A program made the translations under genes and the position numbers. The notes below the pieces were generated by a model. It was not told the origin of the DNA and did not search any database. It was given only the letters and a program-made list of their open reading frames with translations. 64,000 nucleotides of DNA from Planctomycetota bacterium (GTDB taxonomy: Bacteria > Planctomycetota > PLA2 > JAEUHO01), in assembly GCA_965222115.1 (NCBI GenBank), contig CBDCTJ010000007.1, positions 1,856,001-1,920,000 on the forward strand. The letters are read 5' to 3'. Position 1 is the stretch's first letter, and each line of letters begins with the position of its first letter. This document shows, piece after piece, positions 9,167 to 18,883 of this stretch.

Positions 9167-11062
9167 ATGCGCAACCTTGCACTGGCCACACTTACGATTT
9201 GCTCACTCACGATCGCTGGCTGTGGCGGTGGCGGAGGAGGCGGAGGCGGCGACACCACAGCACCGGGCACCATTGCCAACTTCCTGGCAACCGACTTGGC
9301 GGAAGCGATTGGATTGACCTGGACCAACCCGGGGGATGCCGACCTTGCAGGCATTCTCGTCGTTGTTGGCGAAGACGCGCCGGTCACATTCACACCCACC
9401 AACGGTATGGCCTACGCCGCGATGGATGTTGTCGGGCCGAATCAAACGGTGCTGTCCTCGGGTCCCGGCGCGGGCGGCATGTTGCCCGATATTATTCCCG
9501 GACTTGAGTACACAGTTTGCGCGTTCGCGTATGACGCAGCGCTCAACTACAGCGCGCCTACATGCGTGGTTCACACCAACAACAATCTTGGTGCGCAAGC
9601 GGGAACGATTTCTGTCGATCTTGGGTCAGGCGCAGTAACCGTCAACAGCCAGCCCGACAATCTCATGTTGTCCTCTCCGATTGCCGCTGTCTACAACGCC
9701 GGTGCGCAAACGCTCACGATCGATCTCGATGTGTTGAACAACGCGAATCGCCTCCTATTCAATCTTAAGGCCCTTGGCGTCGCGGTAAACGAAGGGACCG
9801 TCGCTGGACCCACGATGCCCTTTGGCGGCCAGCCCTACACCTACTATGGTCCGGAATCGCTTGATGTGGGTGCCAACCGTACTGAGCAGATTGTGATTAA
9901 TGGCGTTACGGGAGCTGTGGATCCCATCAACCTTGGTCTCAACTTCGTTGACGCCCCGATGTTGTATGGCGGCAGCTCAGGTGGCGATCTCACCTGCACC
10001 GACTCGTCGCTGAGTGGGGAGACTACTAAGTTTGATCTGACCGGGCCGTTTGATTCGTTAAACGCGTGGCGTCAAGGCGCAATGAGTCCCGATGGGAAGT
10101 TTATCTTTAGCGGCGGTAAGGACGCAACCGCCTTGGGGGCTGTCGATACACGTACGTATACAACAGCGGCAACCGTGGACTTGTCGGCAGGCGGAGGCCT
10201 CGGCAGCGTAGGCGGCGTGGCGGTGTCGCCCGATGGCACTCACGTGTACGCCCTCTACAACGACGGCGCTCATTATCATGGAGGTGATGACAATTCCAAT
10301 GGTGCGGTGTCGGCGGAATCCGACGTGCATCTCATCGAATTTGACGCGGTCACGCTCGTCGAAACAAGGCGGCTGACATTGATTGCAATGGACGGCACGT
10401 TCCGTTCGGGTTGCAGCATGGCGTTGTCCCCCGATGGGTCAGAGATCGCAGCGATCACGGCCGCCGGTGACACGTCGCACAATAGTTGTTGGTTCGTTGA
10501 TGTGGCGTCATTCACGGTCATCGACGCCGACGCGGTGACAGCGGGCGATCAGCCTGTCGAACTCCCCACTGGCGACGGATTCTCAGACCAAATCGTGTGG
10601 TCAGATGATGGGACGACGGTCTATTTGGGGCAGATGTCGGATAACAAAGGAAGTGACACATCGATGCCTGTCGATGTCATCGATCGTGCGACGTTTGCGG
10701 CAACCACACTCGTACCTACGGGGCACGGCGAGAATGCCGGAGTCATGGCCTTTCATGACGGCAAGCTCTATTATCCATCTCGTGAGAATTCAACATCACC
10801 TTGCACGGTATTCGACATTGCCGGAGCAACTCAGGTGCAGCCTGCAATGGAAACTGGCGGCACTGCCGAAGAAGAAGGAAATGGAGTTCTGATTGATCCC
10901 AATGGAACGCGCTACTACGTCATGTTCCAGGAAGAGATCTATGTCATGGACATGGCGACGGACACGCAAATCGATGCCGACAACAATGGTGGAAACGGTA
11001 TGTCAGCGATTGTCGCTGACGACGACTATCGCGCGCACATGATTCTCATTTCGCCCTTCTAG
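9167..11062 (+). CDS. acidic surface lipoprotein (FN3/Ig-like N-terminal half plus beta-propeller), copy 1
   Basis: Lipobox IAGC plus Gly linker; LTWTNP...Y...AYD...NYS FN3-like segment; SPDG propeller repeats; GGGAG upstream. Confidence 0.8.
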   Translation: MRNLALATLTICSLTIAGCGGGGGGGGGDTTAPGTIANFLATDLAEAIGLTWTNPGDADLAGILVVVGEDAPVTFTPTNGMAYAAMDVVGPNQTVLSSGPGAGGMLPDIIPGLEYTVCAFAYDAALNYSAPTCVVHTNNNLGAQAGTISVDLGSGAVTVNSQPDNLMLSSPIAAVYNAGAQTLTIDLDVLNNANRLLFNLKALGVAVNEGTVAGPTMPFGGQPYTYYGPESLDVGANRTEQIVINGVTGAVDPINLGLNFVDAPMLYGGSSGGDLTCTDSSLSGETTKFDLTGPFDSLNAWRQGAMSPDGKFIFSGGKDATALGAVDTRTYTTAATVDLSAGGGLGSVGGVAVSPDGTHVYALYNDGAHYHGGDDNSNGAVSAESDVHLIEFDAVTLVETRRLTLIAMDGTFRSGCSMALSPDGSEIAAITAAGDTSHNSCWFVDVASFTVIDADAVTAGDQPVELPTGDGFSDQIVWSDDGTTVYLGQMSDNKGSDTSMPVDVIDRATFAATTLVPTGHGENAGVMAFHDGKLYYPSRENSTSPCTVFDIAGATQVQPAMETGGTAEEEGNGVLIDPNGTRYYVMFQEEIYVMDMATDTQIDADNNGGNGMSAIVADDDYRAHMILISPF

Positions 11063-11941
11063 ACTCTCGTATTCAAGGCAGTACGACTCGACGGGGACGT
11101 CTCCGAGTTCTCCGTGAGTGTCACCGAGGAACCCTTTTGGGGGTAGAGGCTGGCGCGTGAAGGCGTCATGAGGTAGGCTCTCATGCCCGTGGCGCACTAT
11201 CGCCACGAGATCATGGAGTCTCCAATGCGCCTACTCGCACTTTCCGCGCTAGCAATTTGTTCGCTCTTCGTCGCCGGTTGCGGCGGGGGGGGTGGTGGCG
11301 GAGGAGCCGGCGACACCACAGCACCGGGCACCATTGCCAACTTCCTGGCAGCCGACTTGGCGGAAGCGATTGGATTGACCTGGACCAACCCAGGGGATGC
11401 CGACCTTGCAGGCATTCTCGTCGTTGTTGGCGAAGACGCGCCGGTCACGTTCACTCCCACCAATGGTATGGCCTACGCCGCGATGGATGTTGTCGGGCCG
11501 AATCAAACGGTGCTGTCCTCGGGTCCCGGCGCGGGCGGCATGTTGCCCGATATTGTTCCCGGACTTGAGTACACGGTTTGCGCGTTTGCGTACGACGCGG
11601 CGCTCAACTACAGCGCACCCACATGTGTGGTTCACACCAACGACAATCTTGGTGCGCAAGCGGGAACGATTTCAGTCGATCTTGGGTCAGGCGCAGTAAC
11701 CGTCAACAGCCAGCCCGACAATCTCATGTTGTCCTCGCCGATTGCTGCTGTCTACAACGCCGGTGCGCAAACGCTCACGATCGATCTCGATGTGTTGAAC
11801 AACGCGAATCGCCTCTTGTTCAATCTGAAGGCCCTTGGCGTTGCGGTAAACGAAGGGACCGTCGCTGGACCCACGATGCCCTTTGGTGGTGAGCCCTACA
11901 CCTACTATGGCCCGGAATCGCTTGATGTGGGTGCCAACCGC
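9251..11941 (+). repeat. near-identical ~630-bp direct repeat (9251-~9880 and 11312-~11941) encoding the N-terminal halves of two tandem lipoproteins
   Basis: Direct comparison: offset 2061 nt, only scattered substitutions. Confidence 0.92.
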
Positions 11942-13117
11942 ACGGAACAGATCGTAATCAATGGCGTAACGGGCGCTACAGACCCAATCAACTTGGACCT
12001 AAACTTTGTAGACGCGCCAATGGTGTTCGGAGGCAACTACGGAGGAGACTTTACGGGATTCGACACGTCGTTGAGTGGTGAGACGTTCGATATCCAGTTT
12101 GCTGAAGCGAATGATGCGGCGGAGCAGGTTCGGCAGGCCGTGATTCACCCCGACGGCACATTCATCTACTTGGCCGAAAAGCGGTCGCCGTTTCTAGCGG
12201 CGATCGATACCCGCACGCACACGGTTACGTCCGGCCCCGATCTGTCGGGCGGTGGAGGTCTCGGAAACATTGGGGGCGTAGCCATATCGCCGGATGGTCG
12301 TTTTGTGTACGGTGTGTATAGCGACGGAGCCCATTATCACGGTGGCGATGGCGCAAGCGGCGACGTGGTGTCGGCACCTGCCGATGTTTCGTTGATTGAA
12401 TTCGACTCCACGACGTTGGCAGAGACTCGGCGCGTCGATCTTCTCATTGCGGACGCACGTACCGGGTGCGAGATTGCGTTGTCGCCGGATGGAGCCGAAC
12501 TCGCCGTACTGACATCTGCGGGGGACTCGTCCTCGAATAGTTGCTGGTTTATCGATGTCGCGTCGATGAGTATCATCGATGCCGATCCCGTTACGGCGGG
12601 TGACCAGCCGGTCGATCTTGCAAATGGTGATGGCTTTGCGCAGTACGTGGTCTGGGCCACGGATGGAGCGTCTGTCTTTGTCAGTTCAAACACGTACAAC
12701 AAGGGGACGGGTACGCCTCTTGACGTCGAGGTCATCAATCGCGCAACATTCGCGACGACTACGCTTACGCCCACTGGGCACGGCGAATCATCGTCTATCA
12801 TGGCTACACACGACGGGAAGCTCTACTACACGACCCGCAATAGCTCCACGTCGCCGCTAACCGTGTTCGACATTGCAGGCGCCACGCAGTCACAGCCCCC
12901 TATGGAGAACAACGGGGTTGCGGAAGACGAGGCATCAGCTGTTGTGTTCGATCCTGTTCAAGCGAGGTACTACGTCATGGATGACGACAGTGTCCACGTT
13001 ATGGACGTGGCAACCGACGCCCAAATCGACGCCGACAACAATGGGGGCAACGGCATGTCGATCCTCGACTTGCCCGAAGATATTCGTGCCCATTTCGTTA
13101 CGGTTTCGCCGTTCTAG
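11225..13117 (+). CDS. acidic surface lipoprotein (FN3/Ig-like plus beta-propeller), copy 2
   Basis: Tandem paralog of 9167..11062; lipobox VAGC; GGAG upstream of ATG 11225. Confidence 0.8.
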   Translation: MRLLALSALAICSLFVAGCGGGGGGGGAGDTTAPGTIANFLAADLAEAIGLTWTNPGDADLAGILVVVGEDAPVTFTPTNGMAYAAMDVVGPNQTVLSSGPGAGGMLPDIVPGLEYTVCAFAYDAALNYSAPTCVVHTNDNLGAQAGTISVDLGSGAVTVNSQPDNLMLSSPIAAVYNAGAQTLTIDLDVLNNANRLLFNLKALGVAVNEGTVAGPTMPFGGEPYTYYGPESLDVGANRTEQIVINGVTGATDPINLDLNFVDAPMVFGGNYGGDFTGFDTSLSGETFDIQFAEANDAAEQVRQAVIHPDGTFIYLAEKRSPFLAAIDTRTHTVTSGPDLSGGGGLGNIGGVAISPDGRFVYGVYSDGAHYHGGDGASGDVVSAPADVSLIEFDSTTLAETRRVDLLIADARTGCEIALSPDGAELAVLTSAGDSSSNSCWFIDVASMSIIDADPVTAGDQPVDLANGDGFAQYVVWATDGASVFVSSNTYNKGTGTPLDVEVINRATFATTTLTPTGHGESSSIMATHDGKLYYTTRNSSTSPLTVFDIAGATQSQPPMENNGVAEDEASAVVFDPVQARYYVMDDDSVHVMDVATDAQIDADNNGGNGMSILDLPEDIRAHFVTVSPF

Positions 13118-13169
13118 CTACGAGGTCTTGAATCGAAGTGGTCTAGCACCGAAGCACCCGAGTAGCTTT

Positions 13170-14039
13170 GTGCGAACTCTGTGCCTTTGCCTTGCCGCGG
13201 CGTTCCTATGGTTTGCAGCCGGCTGTGGAAGTGACCAGCGGGCGGTAACCGCACCCGCCACCGTAACTGTCCGTCTCGACGGGCAGGAGATTGGGAAAAT
13301 CACCGGCGGCGAGGCATCGAATCGACCCGACATTCGCTCGCTGATCGGCGATCGCGCACCCGCCTTCGAGTCGTGGTTACGGGTCGAGTTTGGATCCGCA
13401 ACCCGTAGCATTGGCGTTGACAAGCCCGCTGAGAAGCTAAGGGGTCAGGACCTGACGCTGTATCGATCCGACGAGGGCGTTCCTACGTTTGCGGCATTTC
13501 GTCGCCCCCGCGAAGGCATGGCGCCTCATGTGCTGCGCCACATTAAGCAGCCCACCATGATCGTTGTCGATATCGACGAAATTCGAATCCGGACGAAGGC
13601 CGTGCCCAAACAGGACGCGAGCGAGCGTCTTCCCGCCTTCTTGGTTTCAGTGGATGGAGGCGATCTGGTGACGATTCCCGGAACATCGATCGGAGCGCTG
13701 AAGGCCGTTCGCTTCCTCCGGTCGGGCAAGCGTGGGGCAACAATGGATCGTTCAACGAAAAAGGGCGGCCGTCGTTTCATGAGTGGCTATGCGCTTGCCG
13801 ACATCATCGCGCTTGCGACCTCCGAACAGATCGAGTCTGCCCGTGCCCGCGGTCCCAACAAGGCCGTGCGTGAGATTCCCAAGACCGCTCTCGCAGCGGG
13901 CGCCGACAAGCGATTCGTGGTTCGTGCCAACAAGCGTGATCAGTGGGTGCTCCAGGAAATCGAAGGGGATCCAGGTCGTCCTCTCAAGGGGCGACTGCGC
14001 GGCATTCTTCGAGTCGAGGTAACGACGTCAGGGAAGTAG
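13170..14039 (+). CDS. lipoprotein of unknown function with two degenerate Moco-binding-fold-like domains
   Basis: GTG start gives lipobox AAGC; resembles 20474..21415 (RANKRDQW vs RTNRKAEH; terminal LRGILRVEV). Confidence 0.6.
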   Translation: MRTLCLCLAAAFLWFAAGCGSDQRAVTAPATVTVRLDGQEIGKITGGEASNRPDIRSLIGDRAPAFESWLRVEFGSATRSIGVDKPAEKLRGQDLTLYRSDEGVPTFAAFRRPREGMAPHVLRHIKQPTMIVVDIDEIRIRTKAVPKQDASERLPAFLVSVDGGDLVTIPGTSIGALKAVRFLRSGKRGATMDRSTKKGGRRFMSGYALADIIALATSEQIESARARGPNKAVREIPKTALAAGADKRFVVRANKRDQWVLQEIEGDPGRPLKGRLRGILRVEVTTSGK

Positions 14040-14042
14040 CAG

Positions 14043-15038
14043 CTACCGCTTCTTCTTCGGTGCCAGCCGGGTCGGTCGCTCGAGGCCAAAGCGCTTGGCG
14101 ATTCGCTTCCGTGCTTTGTCCACTCGTTTGAGAACGCCGCGCTCCGAAAACTGCGACGACCACGCCCCCAACGTTTCGATGTAGCTCACATCGCCGTGCC
14201 GCCCAATTGCATCAAGGCATGCCTCACGAACTTCCGCGTGGTCTTCGCGGGTCAAGTGCTCGTAGACGACCGCTGCACAATCATCCCATCGCGTAAGGAG
14301 GCCAATGGCCGTTTCACGTACCGACGCAAGTGGGTCGCGGAGTGCCTCTTCAACCAAAATTCGCGCGCGATCGTCCGTTGAAGCACCGACGGCATCCTTT
14401 AGCGCCTTTGAGCGCGCACGCTCATCCGGGGTCGTTCGTTTGGCCTTGCGGCGTCGAGGGCTGGCTGTTGAATTACCGATTACAATGCGAGTTAAGTCGG
14501 CAACGAGAATCTGGCTTGTGGGCGCACTTGCTGATCGAACGACCCACGTCCCATCTCGTTCATAGAACAACGTCGCGCCGTCAAGTCCATCCAATCGCGA
14601 CAACGACCGCGCGACGCCGTTCTCGCCTTGCATCACGACCGTCTGAATATCACTCGGTGGGTGAAGGGTACCAATTGCACGCAGGAGTGGCCACGCGTGT
14701 ACATCGCTCGCCACGTTGCGCAGCGCGCTGACTTGAAGCGTACCAATGCGTCCACGACCCGCGCGTTCGATGGCGATACCTCGTTCCGTGGGTGTTGGAT
14801 GCGCACGTGGCGGTGCGTTCGTCACGGGAGGGGACACGTCGGTTTCGTGGGCCGCGAGGCGCGATCCAATTGTGTTTGTCGCACTTCGCGGCACGTTCGA
14901 TTCGAATCCCTCCGATTCCCCTTCGTTCAAGAGGTTCCATGCGCCAACCAACAGCGCCGCTAGCGCGGCAAGGGGAAGTAGCAAGCGTATGGCCAAGGTG
15001 TTGGGTCCTCGAGGGATGTACCTCTCGAATCCTACCAC
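14043..15038 (-). CDS. membrane-anchored HEAT-repeat protein
   Basis: N-terminal TM; DPLASVRETAIGLL and EDHAEVREACLDAIG HEAT repeats. Confidence 0.72.
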   Translation of the reverse strand: MVGFERYIPRGPNTLAIRLLLPLAALAALLVGAWNLLNEGESEGFESNVPRSATNTIGSRLAAHETDVSPPVTNAPPRAHPTPTERGIAIERAGRGRIGTLQVSALRNVASDVHAWPLLRAIGTLHPPSDIQTVVMQGENGVARSLSRLDGLDGATLFYERDGTWVVRSASAPTSQILVADLTRIVIGNSTASPRRRKAKRTTPDERARSKALKDAVGASTDDRARILVEEALRDPLASVRETAIGLLTRWDDCAAVVYEHLTREDHAEVREACLDAIGRHGDVSYIETLGAWSSQFSERGVLKRVDKARKRIAKRFGLERPTRLAPKKKR

Positions 15039-15180
15039 CTCAGATCGAGTGGATGCGTGGAAGACAAGCCTCGGGGAGGACGGCGTCCTCGTCTACGTGT
15101 CGAGTACCTTGTCGGCCCATGCCGCTCCCGATGTTGCTATCCGCCTTCGACCGCTCACTACGTGGGACTGAGGCATCCCG

Positions 15181-16398
15181 TTGAGCTCGCGCAACGTAGA
15201 TGCGCGCCTGCGTGTGCTTTATGTGCTCATCGTTGCCGTGGGCGTGTTCTTCATACCCTCGCCCCTATGGGTGGGCATCGTGCTGGCAGCGCACATCGCA
15301 TTGTGGTTTGTGGTTGGGTACCGTGCGAAGCGACTTGTACGCCAACTTCGTAAACTCTGGATCTTCTCCGCGATCATATTGTTGAGCTATGCATTTACAT
15401 CGATCGACCCCGATCGCGACGTGTGGAAGACGATTAATCTTTTTGGGTGGCGTCCCGAAGTGAACTTGACCGGCCTATGGGACGGGCTGGCGATGGTCCT
15501 TCGGCTGATCACGGTCGTGCTTGCATCTCAGATTGCGCGCGCCGGTGATCCGCGCGCGATTGCGCAAGGCCTACATCGTTTGGGCCTGCCCAAGATGGCA
15601 TCCGTGGCCATTGACACGGTACTCGCACTGTTCGGTTCAACGGGCCGCAAGCCTGGGGGTGGCCGCGGCAAAGGTCGCGGACGTGGTGATGGGCGCGGTG
15701 GGGGCCGCGGCCGTGTCGATGAACCTGCCGGTGGGTTTTGGGCGTCGATGAAACGCATCATGCGAGGTGATGTGGGGCCGTTGCTCGGACGACTCGAAAC
15801 GCAGATTCAATTCGCGTCCTCTCATGCGTCCAAAGAACTGGGCGATGACAAGCCTGAGCTGGCGCGCGATGTGGGTATTATTGCAGGCTGTGCATTGACG
15901 ATGCTCGGCATCAAGGTCCTCAAGTTGCTCCCGAGTATTCCATTTGCACCCGGACACAAGGGTGTGCTCATGCTGCCGCTCTACATTGCGGCGTCTCGGC
16001 TCACGTCTACGCGCTTCGGCGGCACGGTCACGGGCCTCACCATGGGCACGGTGGCCTTTCTCATGGGGGACGGCCGCTACGGCATATTTGAGATCGTCAA
16101 GCACGTGGCACCCGGCGTGATGTGTGACGTGTTTCTGCCCCTGTTGCTGGGCGGTGGGCGTCGGCCAGGGCCACTGTTTTGGTCGCTATTCGGACTTGTG
16201 TTGGCCGTTGCTCGCTTTGCCATGATTTTCGTCATCACTTTGGCGGTACAGGCTCCCGCGATTGCATACGCGTTCCTTGTCCCCGGCCTTACGATCCACT
16301 CCCTATTCGGATTTCTGTCGGGCTATGTCTCGTTTCACCTCATTCGAGGGCTGGATCGTAGGCACGAATTGGCCAATCAAGAGGAGACGAGCGTATGA
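15181..16398 (+). CDS. EcfT/CbiQ-like domain fused to an ECF S-component-like domain
   Basis: N-half VDARLRV...GLWDGLAMVLRL...DPRAIAQGLHRLGLP (EcfT-like); RG-rich linker; multi-TM C-half with PGHKG...GTVTG...G...D pattern. Confidence 0.65.
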   Translation: MSSRNVDARLRVLYVLIVAVGVFFIPSPLWVGIVLAAHIALWFVVGYRAKRLVRQLRKLWIFSAIILLSYAFTSIDPDRDVWKTINLFGWRPEVNLTGLWDGLAMVLRLITVVLASQIARAGDPRAIAQGLHRLGLPKMASVAIDTVLALFGSTGRKPGGGRGKGRGRGDGRGGGRGRVDEPAGGFWASMKRIMRGDVGPLLGRLETQIQFASSHASKELGDDKPELARDVGIIAGCALTMLGIKVLKLLPSIPFAPGHKGVLMLPLYIAASRLTSTRFGGTVTGLTMGTVAFLMGDGRYGIFEIVKHVAPGVMCDVFLPLLLGGGRRPGPLFWSLFGLVLAVARFAMIFVITLAVQAPAIAYAFLVPGLTIHSLFGFLSGYVSFHLIRGLDRRHELANQEETSV

Positions 16399-17222
16399 GC
16401 GGATTGCTTGCCGACGACGGACGAACCCACGTGCGTTCGACATTGATGAAGGAATCGCTTCAAGACCGCGATGTAACCGCCCAGGCCTTCTCCGAACGCG
16501 AACTTGAAATCATGCCCGACGTCACCATGGTGAGCATCGGCGGGCAGTCGATATTCGATCGCGGGGCGGATGCAATCATGCCGTTGGTCAACGAGCTCGC
16601 GGAAAACATCAAAAAGCACAAGTTGCTCATTGGCGTAGGCGGAGGGACCCGCGTTCGACACACGTGTTCCATCGCGCTCGATCTCGGCCTGCCTACCGGT
16701 GGGGTCGCCCAGTTGGTTGGTGCCATGGAGGAGTGCAACGCCGTGTTCCTCAATGCGCTCTTGGCCAAGCACGGTTCGATTCCCATGCAACGCGATCACT
16801 TCTGGGATCTCCCGCTTTATTACAAGTCGGGACTCACGCCCATCGCGATCAGCGTTCCGCCCTACCATTTCTGGGAACCGCCCACCGACGAAGGGCCGCT
16901 TCCCGCCCACGGTTCCGATTTCGGCTTGTTCATGCACAGCGAGGTGCTCGGCATGGAACGCACCATCTACGTCAAGGACGAAGACGGGCTGTACGACAAA
17001 GACCCAAAGCGTCATGGCGATGCAACCATGATTCCCAAGATCACCCTTTCCGAGCTCAACGCCAACATGCCCGAAGAGATGATTCTCGACAAGCAGGTAT
17101 TTGCTGCTTGGAAGGACACACGTCACGTGAAGCGCATTCAGATCGTCAATGGACTCGTCCCCGGTCAACTCACGCGCGCGCTTGCTGGCGAAGACGTGGG
17201 CACAGTGATCACGAAGGAGTAG
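16395..17222 (+). CDS. mosA: molybdenum storage protein subunit alpha-like (amino-acid/uridylate kinase fold)
   Basis: HVRS.L..ESLQDRD, IGGQSIFDRGADAIMPLV.EL, LDLGLP, PPYH, NGLVPG.LTRALAGE.VGT, recalled as matching Azotobacter MoSto alpha. Confidence 0.8.
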   Translation: MSGLLADDGRTHVRSTLMKESLQDRDVTAQAFSERELEIMPDVTMVSIGGQSIFDRGADAIMPLVNELAENIKKHKLLIGVGGGTRVRHTCSIALDLGLPTGGVAQLVGAMEECNAVFLNALLAKHGSIPMQRDHFWDLPLYYKSGLTPIAISVPPYHFWEPPTDEGPLPAHGSDFGLFMHSEVLGMERTIYVKDEDGLYDKDPKRHGDATMIPKITLSELNANMPEEMILDKQVFAAWKDTRHVKRIQIVNGLVPGQLTRALAGEDVGTVITKE

Positions 17223-17224
17223 TC

Positions 17225-18028
17225 ATGGCTGAACGACGCACCATCGACAGCCCTCTCGCGGGTTCCACCATGACTTCGGGTGGCGCCGAAGGGTTTAACT
17301 ACGATCCAATTTCCATGGATCCCGACGTCAAGGTGATGAAGATTGGCGGTCAGTCGATTCTTGATCGCGGACGTGAAGCGCTCTTTCCGGTGCTCAACGA
17401 GATCGTCGCGGGGCGAGACAAGTACAAGCAGTTGATCATGTGCGGTGGCGGCACGCGTGCGCGCCACATCTATTCCATCGCATCGGAGTTGGAGCTTCCG
17501 ACCGGCGTCCTTGCGGCGCTCGGCGGTTACGTGCCCATGCAAAACGCGCGCATGGTGCAGATGTTGTTGGCCAAACACGGCGGCATTTTCGTATTGCACG
17601 ATGACTTCGAAAAGTTGCCGCTCTACTTCCGTCTAGGCTGCCTGCCGGTCATGACGGGTATGCCGCCCTTTGAATACTGGGAAAAGCCCGTTGAAGGCAC
17701 ACGCATCCCCAGCAACCGCACCGATGCCGGTGTCTACCTATCGGCCGAAGTGATGGGGTGCCCGCGCGCGCTCTACATCAAAGACGAAGAGGGGTTGTAC
17801 GAGCATGACCCCAAGAAGCATCCCGACGCGAAGTTGATCAGGCGAATCAGCCTGAACGAACTCAATGAACGGGACCTACCCGACCTTGTGATTGAGCGAT
17901 CGGTGCTGGGTCACATGGCGAACGCCAAATTCTGCCGTGAGATTCAAATTATCAACGGACTGGTGCCAGGCAACATTACGAAGGCGCTCGCCGGTGAGGA
18001 TGTGGGGACCATCATTTATGCCGATTAG
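17225..18028 (+). CDS. mosB: molybdenum storage protein subunit beta-like
   Basis: KIGGQSILDRGR.A..P...EIVA, GTRARHIYSIA, GMPP, IP..RTDAG, KDEEGLY; GGAG upstream of ATG 17225. Confidence 0.8.
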   Translation: MAERRTIDSPLAGSTMTSGGAEGFNYDPISMDPDVKVMKIGGQSILDRGREALFPVLNEIVAGRDKYKQLIMCGGGTRARHIYSIASELELPTGVLAALGGYVPMQNARMVQMLLAKHGGIFVLHDDFEKLPLYFRLGCLPVMTGMPPFEYWEKPVEGTRIPSNRTDAGVYLSAEVMGCPRALYIKDEEGLYEHDPKKHPDAKLIRRISLNELNERDLPDLVIERSVLGHMANAKFCREIQIINGLVPGNITKALAGEDVGTIIYAD

Positions 18029-18836
18029 GTGCGGGCATTCCGCGCCAGACGTTCGACGTGCGTGTGCCCGTGGTACTCGCTTCCGCATCCTAAGCATCGT
18101 CGTCCTGCTTGCTTCCGTCGTGGGTTGTGGTCGTTCCGGTGACCCTGAGAACGAGGCCCATGTTGCGGCAGCGGCAAGTTTACGGCGCGTACTGCCGCCG
18201 TTGATCAAGGCATTTGAATCATCGTCGCCCGGCGTTCCGCTGGTGGTGAACTACGCAAGTTCCGGCACACTGCGTAGGCAGGTGGAGGCGGGGGCGCCCG
18301 TCGCCGGCGTGTTGTTTGCGAGCGGTGACCATGTGGATCGGCTCATTGAACGTGGGTTGGCTAGTCAGGACTCGCGCCGCGTATTCGCTCGCAACTCGCT
18401 CGTACTCATTACGTCCGATGACGCGACACGAACAACATTTCAATCACTGAAGGACATCGACGTTCGCGCGCGCATTGCGATTGGTGACCCGTCCTACGTA
18501 CCCGCTGGTCGCTACGCAAAGCAAGCGCTGGAGGGTCTCGGTCAATGGGAGCGGCTTCAAGCATCTCTCATTTTTGCTCAAGACGTTGCGGGCGTAGTTA
18601 CGTACGTCCGTCGGCGTGAAGCAGCGCTGGGCATTGCTTACCGGACCGATGTGCGGGCCATCGCGTCGATGCGTACGTTGGATGTGGCCGAGGGGCCATG
18701 GGCGCCGAAGCCGGCCTACGTTGGCGCTGCGATACAACACGATGCCCATGCCGCCCGCTTTTCCGCGTTGTTGAAATTTTTGGTGTCTGACGAGGCGAGA
18801 GCGGTTTGGACCGAACACGGCTTTGCCTCTCCGTAA
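18018..18836 (+). CDS. modA: molybdate ABC transporter substrate-binding lipoprotein (start uncertain)
   Basis: AAASL, ASSGTL..QVEAGAP, FARNSLVL, IAIGDP..VPAGRYA. Confidence 0.9.
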   Translation: MPIRCGHSAPDVRRACARGTRFRILSIVVLLASVVGCGRSGDPENEAHVAAAASLRRVLPPLIKAFESSSPGVPLVVNYASSGTLRRQVEAGAPVAGVLFASGDHVDRLIERGLASQDSRRVFARNSLVLITSDDATRTTFQSLKDIDVRARIAIGDPSYVPAGRYAKQALEGLGQWERLQASLIFAQDVAGVVTYVRRREAALGIAYRTDVRAIASMRTLDVAEGPWAPKPAYVGAAIQHDAHAARFSALLKFLVSDEARAVWTEHGFASP

Positions 18837-18883
18837 CCCTGGCGAGCGTGGCACCACGGCGCGATACGGCGTAGAGTGAAGCC

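Noticed and set aside
15039-15180. Moco riboswitch or ModE box upstream of the Mo operon
   Set aside because: No recognisable consensus by eye; an Rfam scan would be needed.
16395-18028. Duplicated uridylate kinase (pyrH)
   Set aside because: Motifs and the modABC context fit MoSto alpha/beta better.
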